A stretch of DNA of 64,000 nt. Source: Podarcis muralis (Eukaryota). Positions 1 to 11,572 of the stretch are shown in pieces. The DNA lies in NCBI RefSeq assembly GCF_964188315.1, contig NC_135671.1, positions 35,898,001-35,962,000 on the forward strand. Direction: 5' to 3'. A program made the position numbers and the translations under genes. Every line of letters starts with the position of its first letter. The stretch's first letter is position 1. Below the pieces are notes generated by a model. It saw only the letters and a list, made by a program, of their open reading frames with translations. It did no database searches and had not been told where the DNA came from.

Positions 1-614
1 AGACTCCTTAAAGGGAGTGAAAGGCGGGATATCAAATCCAAACTCTTCTTCTTCTTCTTCTCTCCCCAGGAGGTTTGTTTGGCCCCTTCATAAAACGTTT
101 TTAGGCTTTCAAATGTTCTGTGGAAGGGGGCTTATTTGTCTCCTTTCTTATTTTTATTGTATATTTTGTATTTTTTATATTGTAATTTTATGTTGAGAAC
201 CACCCTGAGTTCTATGGGTATAGAGTGGCATACAAATTCAATTAACAAAATGAACAACCAACTTGTCCGTGCAGGAATCTTGTTTGCCACTACTGACCTT
301 TAAACTGAGGAAGCCCCGATAACGTCCTGAGGGACCTCTTGGAATACAGTTTGAAAACTGAGGCATCATAGATCCCAACACGTCCCCTCACAGGAGCTGC
401 AATACATGGAACCTCAAATCACAGAGTCTGAAGAAATATTTTTATAGCACAAGATTTGGTTCTCATTGTCCAAGTTACAATCACTCTCCCCGCTGCAGGG
501 CCCAGCTGAGAGCTTTAAAATTTAGCTCCAGGAAGGCAGTAGTCCCAGGGCGCAAGCCACACATCCGGCACCCAGACCTTCCACAGCCGCCTTTCTGTCC
601 TCCTTGTTATTCTC

Positions 615-3600
615 TCACAGAATACATCCTTTCAACCAGGCAGACAAATCAAGGCCTTCGCAATTTTCCCTCCAACCCATCCTAAGTGAGAGAAAGAAAG
701 GGAATCTCATTAAAGAGAAATTCATTGATAAACTCAATAAATATGGGATGTAAATTTACAGGATAGCTTCTGCTGTACAAGTCCCAAAGAAACAGACAGG
801 AAGAGTATAACCTGTGCTTGGAAGAAACTCATTCAAATTAACTGATGCACTGAATAAATTCAAAAACCTCTGGATCACACCTGAGAGTAGTTCCTATAAT
901 TTCCAGGTGAGCTAAATGGTGGAAATGAGGACAATTTTTAATTCAATTCGATCTGTGTTTGATTGTGGCCATTGCATTTACCATTTTAAACTATCTGAAA
1001 AGTGATGCTGCAGCAGACCCTACAAGTGTCCCTATTTTCCAGGGACACCCCTGATTTAGAGAAGCTGCCCCGTTTCTGATATGATCCTGAAATACCCTAC
1101 TTTTCCTTAGGATGTCCCTATTTTCATTGGAGAAATGTTGGAGGGTATGGAGTTATCCAACCCCCAAGCCATCTAAATGTAATCCTGCATAGGGAAGGGT
1201 TTTTTTGTTAATGTTTAATGTTTTCTTATGTTTTTATATATGTTGGAATCTGCTCAGAGTGGCTGAGGCAACCCAAGTAAGATGTGTGGGGTATAAATAG
1301 TAAAATTATCCTTATCGAATGAGACGTCCCTATTTTCATCGGAGAAATGTTGGAGGGTATGCTGCAGTTTAAGATTAAAGCTCATGATTGTTGGAAAGAA
1401 GAAATGAAACAAGTGTTCACATTATACTGGGGATGGTGGGGTTTTGAAAAAATGTTTCTTAGTCTTCTTAAGTGGGGCGCAGGTGGCGCTGTGGGTTAAA
1501 CCACAGAGCCAAGGACTTGCCGATCAGAAGGTTGGCGGTTTGAATCCCCGCGACGGGGTGAGCTCCTCTTGCTCGGTCCCTGCTCCTGCCAACCTAACAG
1601 CTCGAAAGCATGTCAAAGTGCAAGTAGATAAATAGGTACCACTCCGGCGGGAAGGTAAACGGCATTTCCATGCGCTGCTCTGGTTCACCAGAAGCGGCTT
1701 AGTTATGCTGGCCACATGACCCGGAAGCTGTATGCCGGCTCCCTCAGCCGATAAAGCGAGATGAGTGCCACAACCCCAGAGTAGGACACGACTGGACCTA
1801 ATGGTCAGGGGTCCTTAAGCAGATTTTATACTTTAGCAATTTAAAATTCTGAAGACTGGGGGGGGGGGAATGCTGAGAACCACGAGAATGAATTGTGAAC
1901 TGAGCTGTGAACTGAACTGAAACAGAATTAGTTGCTTTCTGGAGGGGTGAACTGGAACAAAGTCCTTTTTAAAATGAACTTTCCGAGCCCTGAGCATAAC
2001 TCCATCTTCACCAACTGGATGATTTGGACTACAACTGCCATCAGCCCCTGCGTCGTATGCTTGTCCCAGATGGGGCTCATGGGAACTGTAATCCAATACA
2101 TCTGGACGGCACCAGACTGGCAAGGGCCACCAGGGCCACCATAACCAGACAACTAGCTTCTGCACAGCTGCAGAGACATCATGGTCCACTGGAATCTGAA
2201 TGGTCAAGGGATCTATAATGTCAGGCTTACAATATGATTCTTCTAAGGGCCGTAGCTCCATGGTAGAGCATCTGGTTTGCTTTGCAGAAGGTCCTGGGTT
2301 CAGACCCCAGGAGCATCTCCAGGTAGGGCTGGAAGAGACCACCTGAAACCTTGGACAGTCACTGCCAGTCAGTCTAGGCACAATTGAGAGAAACATGCCA
2401 ATGATCTGACTCAGTATGGCAGCTTCTATCTCCTATGAGCCAGTGATAAACTCCTTAGACTGGGGTAGCTGGCAGGGGTCTGATAGGGGTTGGAGTCCAC
2501 CACTGTGGGCAGCTAGCGTGTGTAATAGTCAGGGTGCCATACTAGGATGTGGGAGACCAGGGTCCAAATCTCTACTCAGCCATGAAGTTCACTGGGTGAT
2601 GAGCGTCAGCCCTACAACATCTGTAGGGCCACAGCTTCCTTACCCCTGAACTGTGGGGCTGTTATTGCATTTGTTCAGTCAATGAACAAATCTGGTCTGC
2701 TGAGGTTACCATAAACAAGATTTTGTAAGAACAGGCCCAGTGACTCCCGATCAGCTAACATTGAGATCTGAATTTTATGGACTTTGAAATCTCTCTGTTA
2801 TTTAAAAGTGCACCAGACTTAATGAGAGATTTTTACTTGGGGATTTTGTGGCTTTGCAAGGCAATTGTTCATTTTTACTTTTAAAATTATACTGTGCATC
2901 AGATCCTTGTATGTGTTTGTGGTTTCTAAGTGCTATGTATTATATTAAAACAGATCATTGCAATTCTGCACTATACACTACAGTGGTACCTCAGATTAAG
3001 AATTTAATTCGTTCTGGAGGTCTGTTCTTAACCTGAAACTGTTCTTAACCTGAAGCACCACTTTAGCTAATGGGGCCTCCTGCTGCTGCCATGCTGCCGG
3101 AGCACGATTTCTGTTCTCATCCTAAAGCAAAGTTCTTAACCCAAGGTACTATTTCTGGGTTAGTGGAGTCTGTAACATGAAGTGTATGTAACCTGAAGCG
3201 TATGTAACCCGAGGTACCACTGTATATATTCGCATCCTGAATAGAACGTAAGATGCGATGGGTGTCTGTGTGTGTGCGGGTCGCGTTTTGCTGCTTCCGC
3301 GCATGCGCGCGCCGTCATTTTAAGTGTCTGCGCATGCGCAAGCAGCGAAGCCCAGAAGTAACGCACTCCATTACTTCCGGGTTGCCGTGGAGCACATCTT
3401 GAAAGCATCAACCTGAAGCACATTCAACCCGAGGTATGACTGTACTTTACAGTGGTACCTCGGGTTAAGTACTTAATTCGTTCCGGAGGTCTGTTCTTAA
3501 CCTGAAACTGTTCTTAACCTGAAGCACCACTTTAGCTAATGGGGCCTCCTGCTGCCGCCACACCGCCGGAGCACAATTTCTCTTCTCACCCTGAAGTTCT

Positions 3601-6600
3601 TAACCTGAAGCAAAGTTCTTAACCTGAAGCACTATTTCTGGGTTAGCGGAGTCTGTAACCTGAAGCGTATGTAACCTGAAGTTTATGTACCCTGAGGTAC
3701 CACTGTAATAATAATTTCTGTTGCTTGATTTCTTTGGATTTTTTCAACACTGGTTTACCATCCATCTTAAGAGACAAGATCCTTCTGATGGCTGGTTGTC
3801 CAGAGGATGGAGACTAGCAGTAAGGCTGGATATCACCACGGTGCCTTGCTAACAAATTCCCCTGTTTTGCTTAGCATGCAGCAGAAGTGCAGGACCTAGT
3901 GGTGGTCACCAGATTCTACCCCACTACCCCCGAGAGATCCCCTTACCATGCTCCTAGGCCTCTTGGTCCTTGTGCTATCCTCATGGCACAGACAATGTCA
4001 TCCTTGATGTCACTGGTCAGCAGATCTGTGGGGACAGAGGAAAAGCAGGCATGAGGGGCTGAGGCAACACCCTAGACTCCTACTTCTGGCAGAGGTGACC
4101 TTCTGCAGAGAAGAAGCCTGCAGAGGTGACCCATGAGTTACAACTTCCCTCCGGAGCCTCTCTCCAACCAGCTCCTTAGCCTGCGTCTTGTGCCTTCCTA
4201 TTGGAAAGAGAATATCTCTGCAGACCAGCACATCCCCCTGGTACAGAAACCCCCAAAATGTCTGCCAAGAGACATAAACATGCCATGAGATGGACAGCCC
4301 TCCATAATTTGCTAGGCTACAACTCCCAACATCCCTGGCCATTGGTCAGGCTAGCTGAGGCTGATGGGAGTTGTATTCCAACAACACCCAAAGGTCCATG
4401 GGTTCCCCATTCCTTCTCTAAGAGGACGGCAGGGAATCAAAGTCTCCCACCTGCGTGGATGTTTGCCTGTTGCTTCTCTGCATTATACCTGGGTCTGGCT
4501 TGGCCAGCTTCTGATGAAGCAGGCTTGGGGCACAGGTAATTCTGCCTTGTTGCCACATTGTCTGGGCATGGACCTTTCAATTGCAGCACCTTGGAGGAAG
4601 CTGCCACTGTCTCTCTCCCTAGGTCCCTGTGCTTGCCCTCTTCCAATCAGAAGGTGTGTGTCCAAGATCAGTGGCTCACGCAGAAATGCAGGGCTCCACT
4701 GAGTGGACTTCACAAGCAAAGGTGGCAGCAGATGCTGCAGTCCCTGCAGGGAACTCTGCTGCAACCTGGTCCCTTTAGGCTGCAGCGCAGCGCCCTCTAA
4801 TGCCAGGATGTAGAACTGAAGCCAACCCACTTCAGAGCTCACCGCTGCAATGCATTTTGCAGAAGTTCGGCTGGAAGTGTTTGTAATCTTCACACCAAAG
4901 GTGGCTGTTGATCTGGAAGATGCCATTGCTGGTGCTGCCATCAGCTTCGTGGTCCACAATTGCCGTGTCAAAGTGGCTCTCATAGAAGGCCAAGCAGACC
5001 CCTATAAGGTGGAGAGGGAGAAGGATCCAGGAATTCTGCGCCAAGATTAACACAAATTCTGCTCCAGGAAATGCTGGGGTTTGGGCCACCTGTATAAATT
5101 ATGCAAATTAAGCATATTTACATATAGGTCCTTGTTTTGCATAATTTATTTGCGTCTGTCAGTCATGCAGGAAGGACAAGGAGCTAGGCAGGACACACAT
5201 GCTTCATAGTGATTCATGCAGCAAGGTGGCTCAATTATTGCAATGTGCTCCATGCAAGGCTACACTTGGGCCTGGCCTGCAGGCTGCCGCTGGTGCAAGA
5301 GGCTGCAGCTAGACTGTTGACGGGAACAGAGCAACACCAGCACATAACCTGAGTGCTCAAAAGCTTGCACTGGCTGCCCACACCTGGGCCAGGCTCAAGG
5401 TGTTCGTCTCAATTTACAAGACGCTTAACAACATGGGCCCAGGATACCTCAGAAACCGCTTGAATCTTTATATCCTGCCCAAGCCCTGCGGTTTCCAGGG
5501 GAGACACTGGTAGCGGTCTCCCCACCCCCCACCCCACCCCGGCTAAGATGCACAGCTTAAATTTCCCAGGCAGAGTCCATTCGGCATTTCGGGCCCAATT
5601 TTATGGAACCGCTTTCCAGATGAGGTCAGACAGGCTCCCTCCCTTTTGAACTCCCAGAGCCTGTTGAAAATTGCTATGCCAGCAGTCATTTTAACTGAAT
5701 TCTGATTTTATAATTTGAACCAATGTTCATTTTCACTGTCTTCAGTTTGCCGTACACTGCTTAGGAACGGATGACTGCAATTAAGCAGTAGATAGATTGT
5801 CATAATATATAAATAATAAATAACTAAACGTACATTTCCAAGTCTTTCTTTTCACAGTCATGAGGGCTAGAAATATGCCGTTTTCTTTAGGGGATTAAAG
5901 CTCGCACATTCTCACCACTAAATTTCATGTGACACTTTTTTTTTTACTGCCCTTGCACATGCTTGTAAGAAAAAACTTTCCAAACTGTGTGTCGTAACAC
6001 ATTAGTGTGTCGGCTGCAGTGTGTAGGTCTGTTGCATGAACAGTCCCTGTGATCCTCCTGGGACTGGAAAGGGGTCAGTTTAACTTCTGGTTTGCTAGTA
6101 AAACTGAATTAGTAAAGGTAAAGGGACCCCTGACCATTAGGTCCATTCGTGGCCGACTCTAGGGTTGCAGCACTCATCTCACTTTATTGGCTGAGGGAGC
6201 CGGCATACAGCTTCCGGGTCATGTGGCCAGCATGACTAAGCCGCTTCTGGCGAACCAGAGCAATGCACGGAAACACAGTTTACCTTCCCGCCGGAGCAGT
6301 ACCTATTTATCTACTTGCACTTTGACGTGCTTTGGAACTGCTAGGTTGTCAGGAGCAGGGACCGAACAACGGGCGCTCACCCCGTCGTGGGGATTCGAAC
6401 CGTCGACCTTCTGATTGGCAAGTCCTAGGCTCTGTGGTTTAACCCACAGCACCACCCGCGTCCCACTGAATTACTGTGTCACAAAATGATGCATGTCTAA
6501 AAAGTGTGCCACCAACAGGGAAAGTTTGGAAAGCTCTGCTGTAGAATATGCAGCCCTGATTATTACAACCGCCCCACCCCAATACCCAGGTCCTGAACAG

Positions 6601-6856
6601 GAGGCCCAGGAGATCCTGCTCCCCATACATGAGGGCTGACCTCGGTTCAGGTGAGAGGGACGGAGGGAAGAGATGGAGAGAAGCACTCACAGTCAGCTAG
6701 ACTGTATCCACGGTAACCTTCCAAGCCAGACACCTTCAATAAGTGGGCCAGTTCACAGCGTCTGAAGATCTTTCCCCCAACTCTGGATGTAAAGCACATG
6801 AGGAGAGGCAGCAGCAAAAGCAGCTTCTTCCCTAAAAAAAGTGTTGGGAAGGACAT
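615..6856 (-). CDS. C-type lysozyme-like protein A (SPACA3/SLLP1-like), 4 coding exons, 156 aa
   Basis: Hand-spliced exons (-): 6856-6691, 5001-4843 (159 nt), 4025-3947 (79 nt), 681-615 (67 nt incl. TGA). All introns are GT-AG with phases 1/1/2, as in c-lysozyme genes. Protein [156 protein letters not shown] has 8 conserved Cys. The motif [14 protein letters not shown]...D(H/Y)EADGST(S/N)NGIFQINS matches SPACA3 as recalled. Orthology untested. Confidence 0.92.
1475..1815 (+). mobile_element. Sauria SINE
   Basis: tRNA-like head (TGGCGCTGTGG A-box, GGTTTGAATCC B-box) and conserved body TGCAAGTAGATAAATAGGTAC. Lies in gene A intron 3. Confidence 0.9.
2246..2432 (+). mobile_element. tRNA-derived SINE (Squam2/Anolis-SINE2-like)
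   Basis: Head gtagctccatggtagagcatctg..ggttcagaccc followed by catctccaggtagggctgg..ctgccagtcagt. A diverged copy lies at about 42090-42290. Confidence 0.55.
2981..3222. mobile_element. Tc1/mariner (Tigger/pogo-like) MITE
   Basis: TIR cagtggtacctc..gaggtaccactg, flanked by TA on both sides. Confidence 0.85.
3450..3705. mobile_element. Tc1/mariner (Tigger/pogo-like) MITE, second copy
   Basis: Same TIRs and TA TSD. A related partial element ending aacccgaggtatgactg lies at about 3225-3442. Confidence 0.85.
5385..5825 (+). mobile_element. Degenerate L2 LINE 3' fragment
   Basis: L2-like ORF2 remnants (cccaattttatggaaccgc) and an aataaataa tail. Other L2 3' fragments at about 10710-11000, 16090-16350, 29740-30010, 33650-33790, 39080-39190, 46217-46420 and 61482-61870. 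Confidence 0.55.
6112..6464 (-). mobile_element. Sauria SINE with 9-bp TSD
   Basis: Full length with (ACCTTT)n tail. TSD actgaatta at 6103-6111 and 6465-6473. Confidence 0.92.
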
Positions 6857-7689
6857 GATCCCCGGGGAACGACAGGTGGGGCATGGGACTCCAAGGCAGC
6901 CTATGGAGAAAGAGAAAACCACCATGAGGCCCCTTGTGGTGAAAGGGTTCAGTTAGCAAGCGACTAGGCCACTGTGATTTGTCCTTACATTTGAGGAGTG
7001 GGGAGAAAGCTCACCACTTATTCCTGGTGTGTGAACACTTCCATGCACATCACCAGACCTCATTCAGACCGTGCAATACCTGAGTCCTCAGACAAAACAA
7101 TTCATCAGCTCAGACTTCTGGAAATGAATGTTTAAAACTTTTGGGATGTCGAAGACTACATGTATGATTATGTTTATATCTGATCCTTCCTCTTTACATG
7201 GGGAACTGTGGTCCTCCAGATACAACTGGACTCCAACTCCCATCAGCTCCAGCCAGCATCGAGAACAATGGGAGCTGTAGTCCAGCATCATCTGTAGGAT
7301 CATCCCAGAAGAGTGAGCTTGTAGGCTTTGTCTTAGCCACACTCCCTGTCTTGGCCGTAGTGTTGACTAACTTTGTGAAAGGCAACAAAATGTTGGTCCC
7401 AGGGTATGTGGTCTTAACGCACATGATAAGACTTGGCACCCGGCTAAGCTAAGTAGGTCTGTGTTTGGTCACTGTCTGGATGGGGAACCATCGGGGAAGC
7501 TTGGGTTCCATGTTGAAAGAAAAGCTGGATACAAATGTAAGATCAATGAAGAAAACTCTCTGGCACAGCAGTCCAATATTCTCCAGTCCTGCAACTATGC
7601 CCAGATGGCTATCTTTCAAGAGTATTCCTAAAGTGAAGATTGTCTGCTCCCCCTCTACACATAGTAAGTGTTCCTCAGCTGACTAAGAT

Positions 7690-7811
7690 AAGGTTGCCAG
7701 ATTTTTTTCAATGAATCCGGGGACACATTTCAGCTTCAATGGATTTTGTATGGGGACTGATCTGTAAATCTGGGGACTGTCCCCGGGAAACGGGGATGTC
7801 TGGTAACCCTA
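7690..7811. mobile_element. Short MITE of the same family as 19188-20104
   Basis: aaggttgccagatttttttcaatga..ctgtccccgggaaacggggatgtctggtaacccta. Confidence 0.6.
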
Positions 7812-8989
7812 GACTAAGAGTTTGTAGCAGATTTGAAAGAGAAGCCCTCCACAAATACACATTCCAGCCCATCAGAGACATGCAGATGAAAACACGAGTC
7901 CCCACTTCTCTTGTAGACCAGCTAGAACTCAAGAATCAAGCCTCATACACCAGTTCCACTCTGTTTATCCCATGAGAACACATGTCCATCCCAAAGCTGT
8001 GGCTGAGGCCTACACATCATGACTCCACACCCAGCCTGGCACTTCTCCCACCCTTCCAGAAAGCCACTTACTGAACAAGCCCTGCGTGAGTGAGAGTATC
8101 ACTTGGGTCCCTCTGCAATTGGAGGCAGACTTCCCAAGGGGCAGGTGGTTCTGGAATCCAACAGGTTTCCTGTGACGTCACAGCAACTGGGCTTCTAGAA
8201 CATGACCTGCTTCTGCTTCCCACTGCCAGCAGAGCTACGCTGCTGAGAAATGGGTGCACCCATCCCCACCATTCTTCAATATTGCGTCCGTTGTGAGCGG
8301 TGGGAGTAGGAGTCATGGGATCTTCTGGGTGATTGTCCAATAGGCTCCACAGCTGAGTCAGGATAAGCTAAGCTATATGCAGATAAGAGAGTCCATTCTG
8401 TACATCAGCTCTGAAGGGTATTCTTTCTTGGCTTGGGTTTTGTGTGAAGGACTGACAAAGAACCCACTATTTTCCTTTATTTGGTTGCTCTCTTGCATCG
8501 ATTTGATGGATTAAAGAGTCCCTCTCCCCTCCTCCCTTTGGCAACTCCTTAAATATGGAGCTGATCTTATCACAACCCAAAAAAGGGGAGTTTATCGTAA
8601 TCCAAAAAAAGGGGAGTCCAAGAACTACATTCACCTATAGCTGCAACTTAGCCCCATTAGCTACTGAGGGCTGCATGTGCACAGGTTTGGGGCACAGGAT
8701 GGAGCCTCTGGATTGGTCAGACTTGGTCTATAAATAGACCAGGGTCTTCTTTCCCTTGCATGTTCAAAAGAACAGATCCTTCGGTCTGCTGTATTTCAGC
8801 AGGAACCTTCGGTCCAGCTCCCTGCTTTGGTTAGGAATGTGAGAAGAGCACAGCTGGGTCAAACAAATGGTCTCTCTCAGGGTTGGGGAATCTTTTTCAG
8901 TCCAAGGGCCACGTTTCCTTTATGGGCAACATGCCAGTGGTGGGTGGGGCCAGAGGCAAAAGTGGACGGAACAACAAATGTACATTTTG

Positions 8990-9350
8990 CTTTTGTGCAA
9001 TACGCTGTTTTCTACCTGTGCTCCACACCCCATTTCCCAGCTTCTATCCAGGCAAGCAAAAGGCATCGTCAGAGTGCCAGGGCATATTCCAGCCAGGCAG
9101 ATATACTCAAAGAGTCTGTGAAGCAGACTTCTTGATCCTCGCTTCTTGATCCTCAGATCCCTGACTTCGTGACTCCTTGCTTCCAGACCCTCGGACCCTT
9201 GGCTTCTTGACTCCCAGCTCTCTGACCCTCAGACTCTTGGCTTCCTGACTCCTGGCTTCTGGACCCCCGTTCCTGCTCCCACCCAACCATCTTGCCCCCG
9301 GTCCTGACGTCCCCTGCCGGGACTTCGATTGCCCGTGAACTGGACCATGA
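8990..9350. mobile_element. Possible Gypsy-type LTR fragment with degenerate pyrimidine-rich (cttcttgatcctc/gactcc) repeats
   Basis: Short degenerate tandem repeats ending ccatgaca, a pattern typical of vertebrate Gypsy LTRs. Boundaries and TSD unresolved. A similar-looking region lies at about 48490-49620. Confidence 0.3.
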
Positions 9351-10274
9351 CAGCACAAGAGGATCAAGAGGATAGCTGTTCATCCCCTAAGCAACGGGTC
9401 CCTTCGGAGGAACTGCTTCCCTCTTCCTCAGAGTGGTACTCTCCTTCCCTAAGACCTCCGTTCTCCCTGACAGCAGCGGAGCTACCATTCTGGGAGTGGG
9501 ACACAGCTATAGCATCCCTGAAAGTGTCATCCATCAACTGCTCTGCCTTTCTTCACTTTTCCAAATCTGCCACCTTGGCCTCAAGAGAAAAGATTTGTCC
9601 CTAGAGACCCAGGAGCTCATTGCACCTCAGACACACCCAAGACTCCTGTCCAACAGAGATAGGTATACTTGTGACGGACAGTTCAAAACACTGGGAAGCC
9701 CAAACTCCCCTTCTGGCTTTCTTCCCACATACTTGTTTTTGTGCTTCACGTTACTTTATTGAAAGCTTGGGTCAAGGAAAGGAGAAGCAGGGCGGGTTGT
9801 CCTGAGCTCCTGGCCCTGCTGCCCAACTCCCACATCTGCTCAACTCACCTGGATGCTTTCTCAGCCAGGGCTCCCTTTACCTCATGGGCTGGGAACCCTT
9901 AGCAGGGTTGTGCCACAAAATATTGGGCCACCAAGACCTGTTTTTGAAGAACTAATATGCAAGAATACACAGACATGAAAATACTCGGCACCCTTCCCAG
10001 CGGTGAAGGAACAGGCTGTGCCAGTTGACTGCCTTTGCAAACAACTAGGTGCCAGTTTTTCCACTGGACAAAAACAATAAGCAGGGAACAAATCAGAGGG
10101 CATCACTCCCACTGTTTGTTCTGGGTTCAGGAGGTGGTAAGATAAGATAAGGTGGTGAAAGTCAAGCGACAGCCATAGGAAAGTCCTTTCAACTAGACCA
10201 TGGAAATTGCCAAGAGCAGAGGCAAAGCCAATTGCTATAGTGAAAGAAGGCATCATGTGGTTGAAGGGGTGCCC

Positions 10275-10316
<42 letters not shown>
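10275..10316. repeat. (CAT)14 microsatellite
   Basis: Read directly. It explains the poly-Met ORF 9882-10340. Confidence 0.95.
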
Positions 10317-10345
10317 TTTATTTGTATGCCACCTTTCCACAGTTA

Positions 10346-10701
10346 GGGGACGCGGGTGGCGCTGTGAGTTAAACCACAGAGCCTAGGGCTTGCCGATCAG
10401 AAGGTCAGCAGTTCGAATCCCCACAATGGGGTGAGCTGCCATTGCTCGGTCCCTGCTCCTGACAACCTAGCAGTTCCAAAGCACGTCAAAGTGCAAGTAG
10501 ATAAATAGATACCACTCCAGAGGGAAGGTAAACGGCATTTCCGTGCGTTGCTGTGGTTCGCCAGAAGCGGCTTAGTCATGCTGGCCACATGACCCGGAAG
10601 CTGTACGCTGGCTCCCCCAGCCAATAAAGCGAGATGAGCGCCGCAACCCCAGAGTTGGCCATGACTGGACCTAATGGTCAGGGGTCCCTTTACCTTTTTT
10701 C
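10346..10701 (+). mobile_element. Sauria SINE with 9-bp TSD
   Basis: Full length. TSD ccacagtta at 10337-10345 and 10702-10710. Confidence 0.92.
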
Positions 10702-11517
10702 CCACAGTTAATACTCAAGGCAGCTTACGATATGAAAAGATTTACATAATTACAAACATAGCAAAGTAGTCATAAAAATAAACAAAACACATCAAAAACC
10801 ACATAACCAAACTGAACAATTTCCACATAAAAATAAAGATACAAAAAATGAATATCAATAACAACAAAAACTCCAAACAAAATTACCCCCCAAATACCCC
10901 AGTCCTTGCTGGGTGGCAGCAGCAGCAGCAGTTCTTACGAAGCCTGTCAGGCCCCGCCCTGAGCCAGGTGGAGAGAGGCAGGAACGGGGCTCTCAGGCTC
11001 CCAGCAGGTCAGACTTCCCCATCCACCTGCCTTTCCCTTGCCAGGCTGATCCTGATCAGGCTCTGTCCCATGGAGCCAAAAAGTTTCTACACTTCTGCAC
11101 TAGTGCAAAAAATTCCTTGAATACAGCCCGTTAGGTCCATTAATTTCAGCGAGTCTACACTGAGGAAAACTTAGCTGAATACCAACCATAGAAAGTTCTC
11201 ATAAATTACCCTATTTGTACATTAAAGTAAAAATTCTAATACAGGAATTAAATTGGTTAGATTGTGAATTTATCAAATATAGCATGGCAATACTTCTTTT
11301 TTAATGAATTAATTCAAATCTAGTAATACAACTTGGATCCTGGAGCTACAGCTCTCAGCCCTCCACCACAGAGAGTGGGACCCAAAGAGTCATTTCCCCT
11401 TCTTCTTGTTGACACACACATGCAGATTAGCTAAGCAAGGTCAGGGTGAACGTCCTCAAGGGTCTGGCAACATCATGCAGACCTTGGCTGCTTTCCAGAG
11501 GAGTGCCCAAGAGCCCA

Positions 11518-11524
11518 TATAAAA
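11518..11524 (+). promoter_or_regulatory. TATA box (TATAAAA) of lysozyme B
   Basis: Consensus TATAAAA about 50 nt upstream of ATG 11573. Confidence 0.7.
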
Positions 11525-11572
11525 GCAGGCGTGACACCCTCACCATCTACCTTGACCTCCTGCACTACAACG

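Noticed and set aside
6857-6925. Upstream in-frame ATG at 6925 for gene A
   Set aside because: It lies inside a strong polypyrimidine tract and acceptor (6901), so it is probably intronic. ATG 6856 gives a normal signal peptide.
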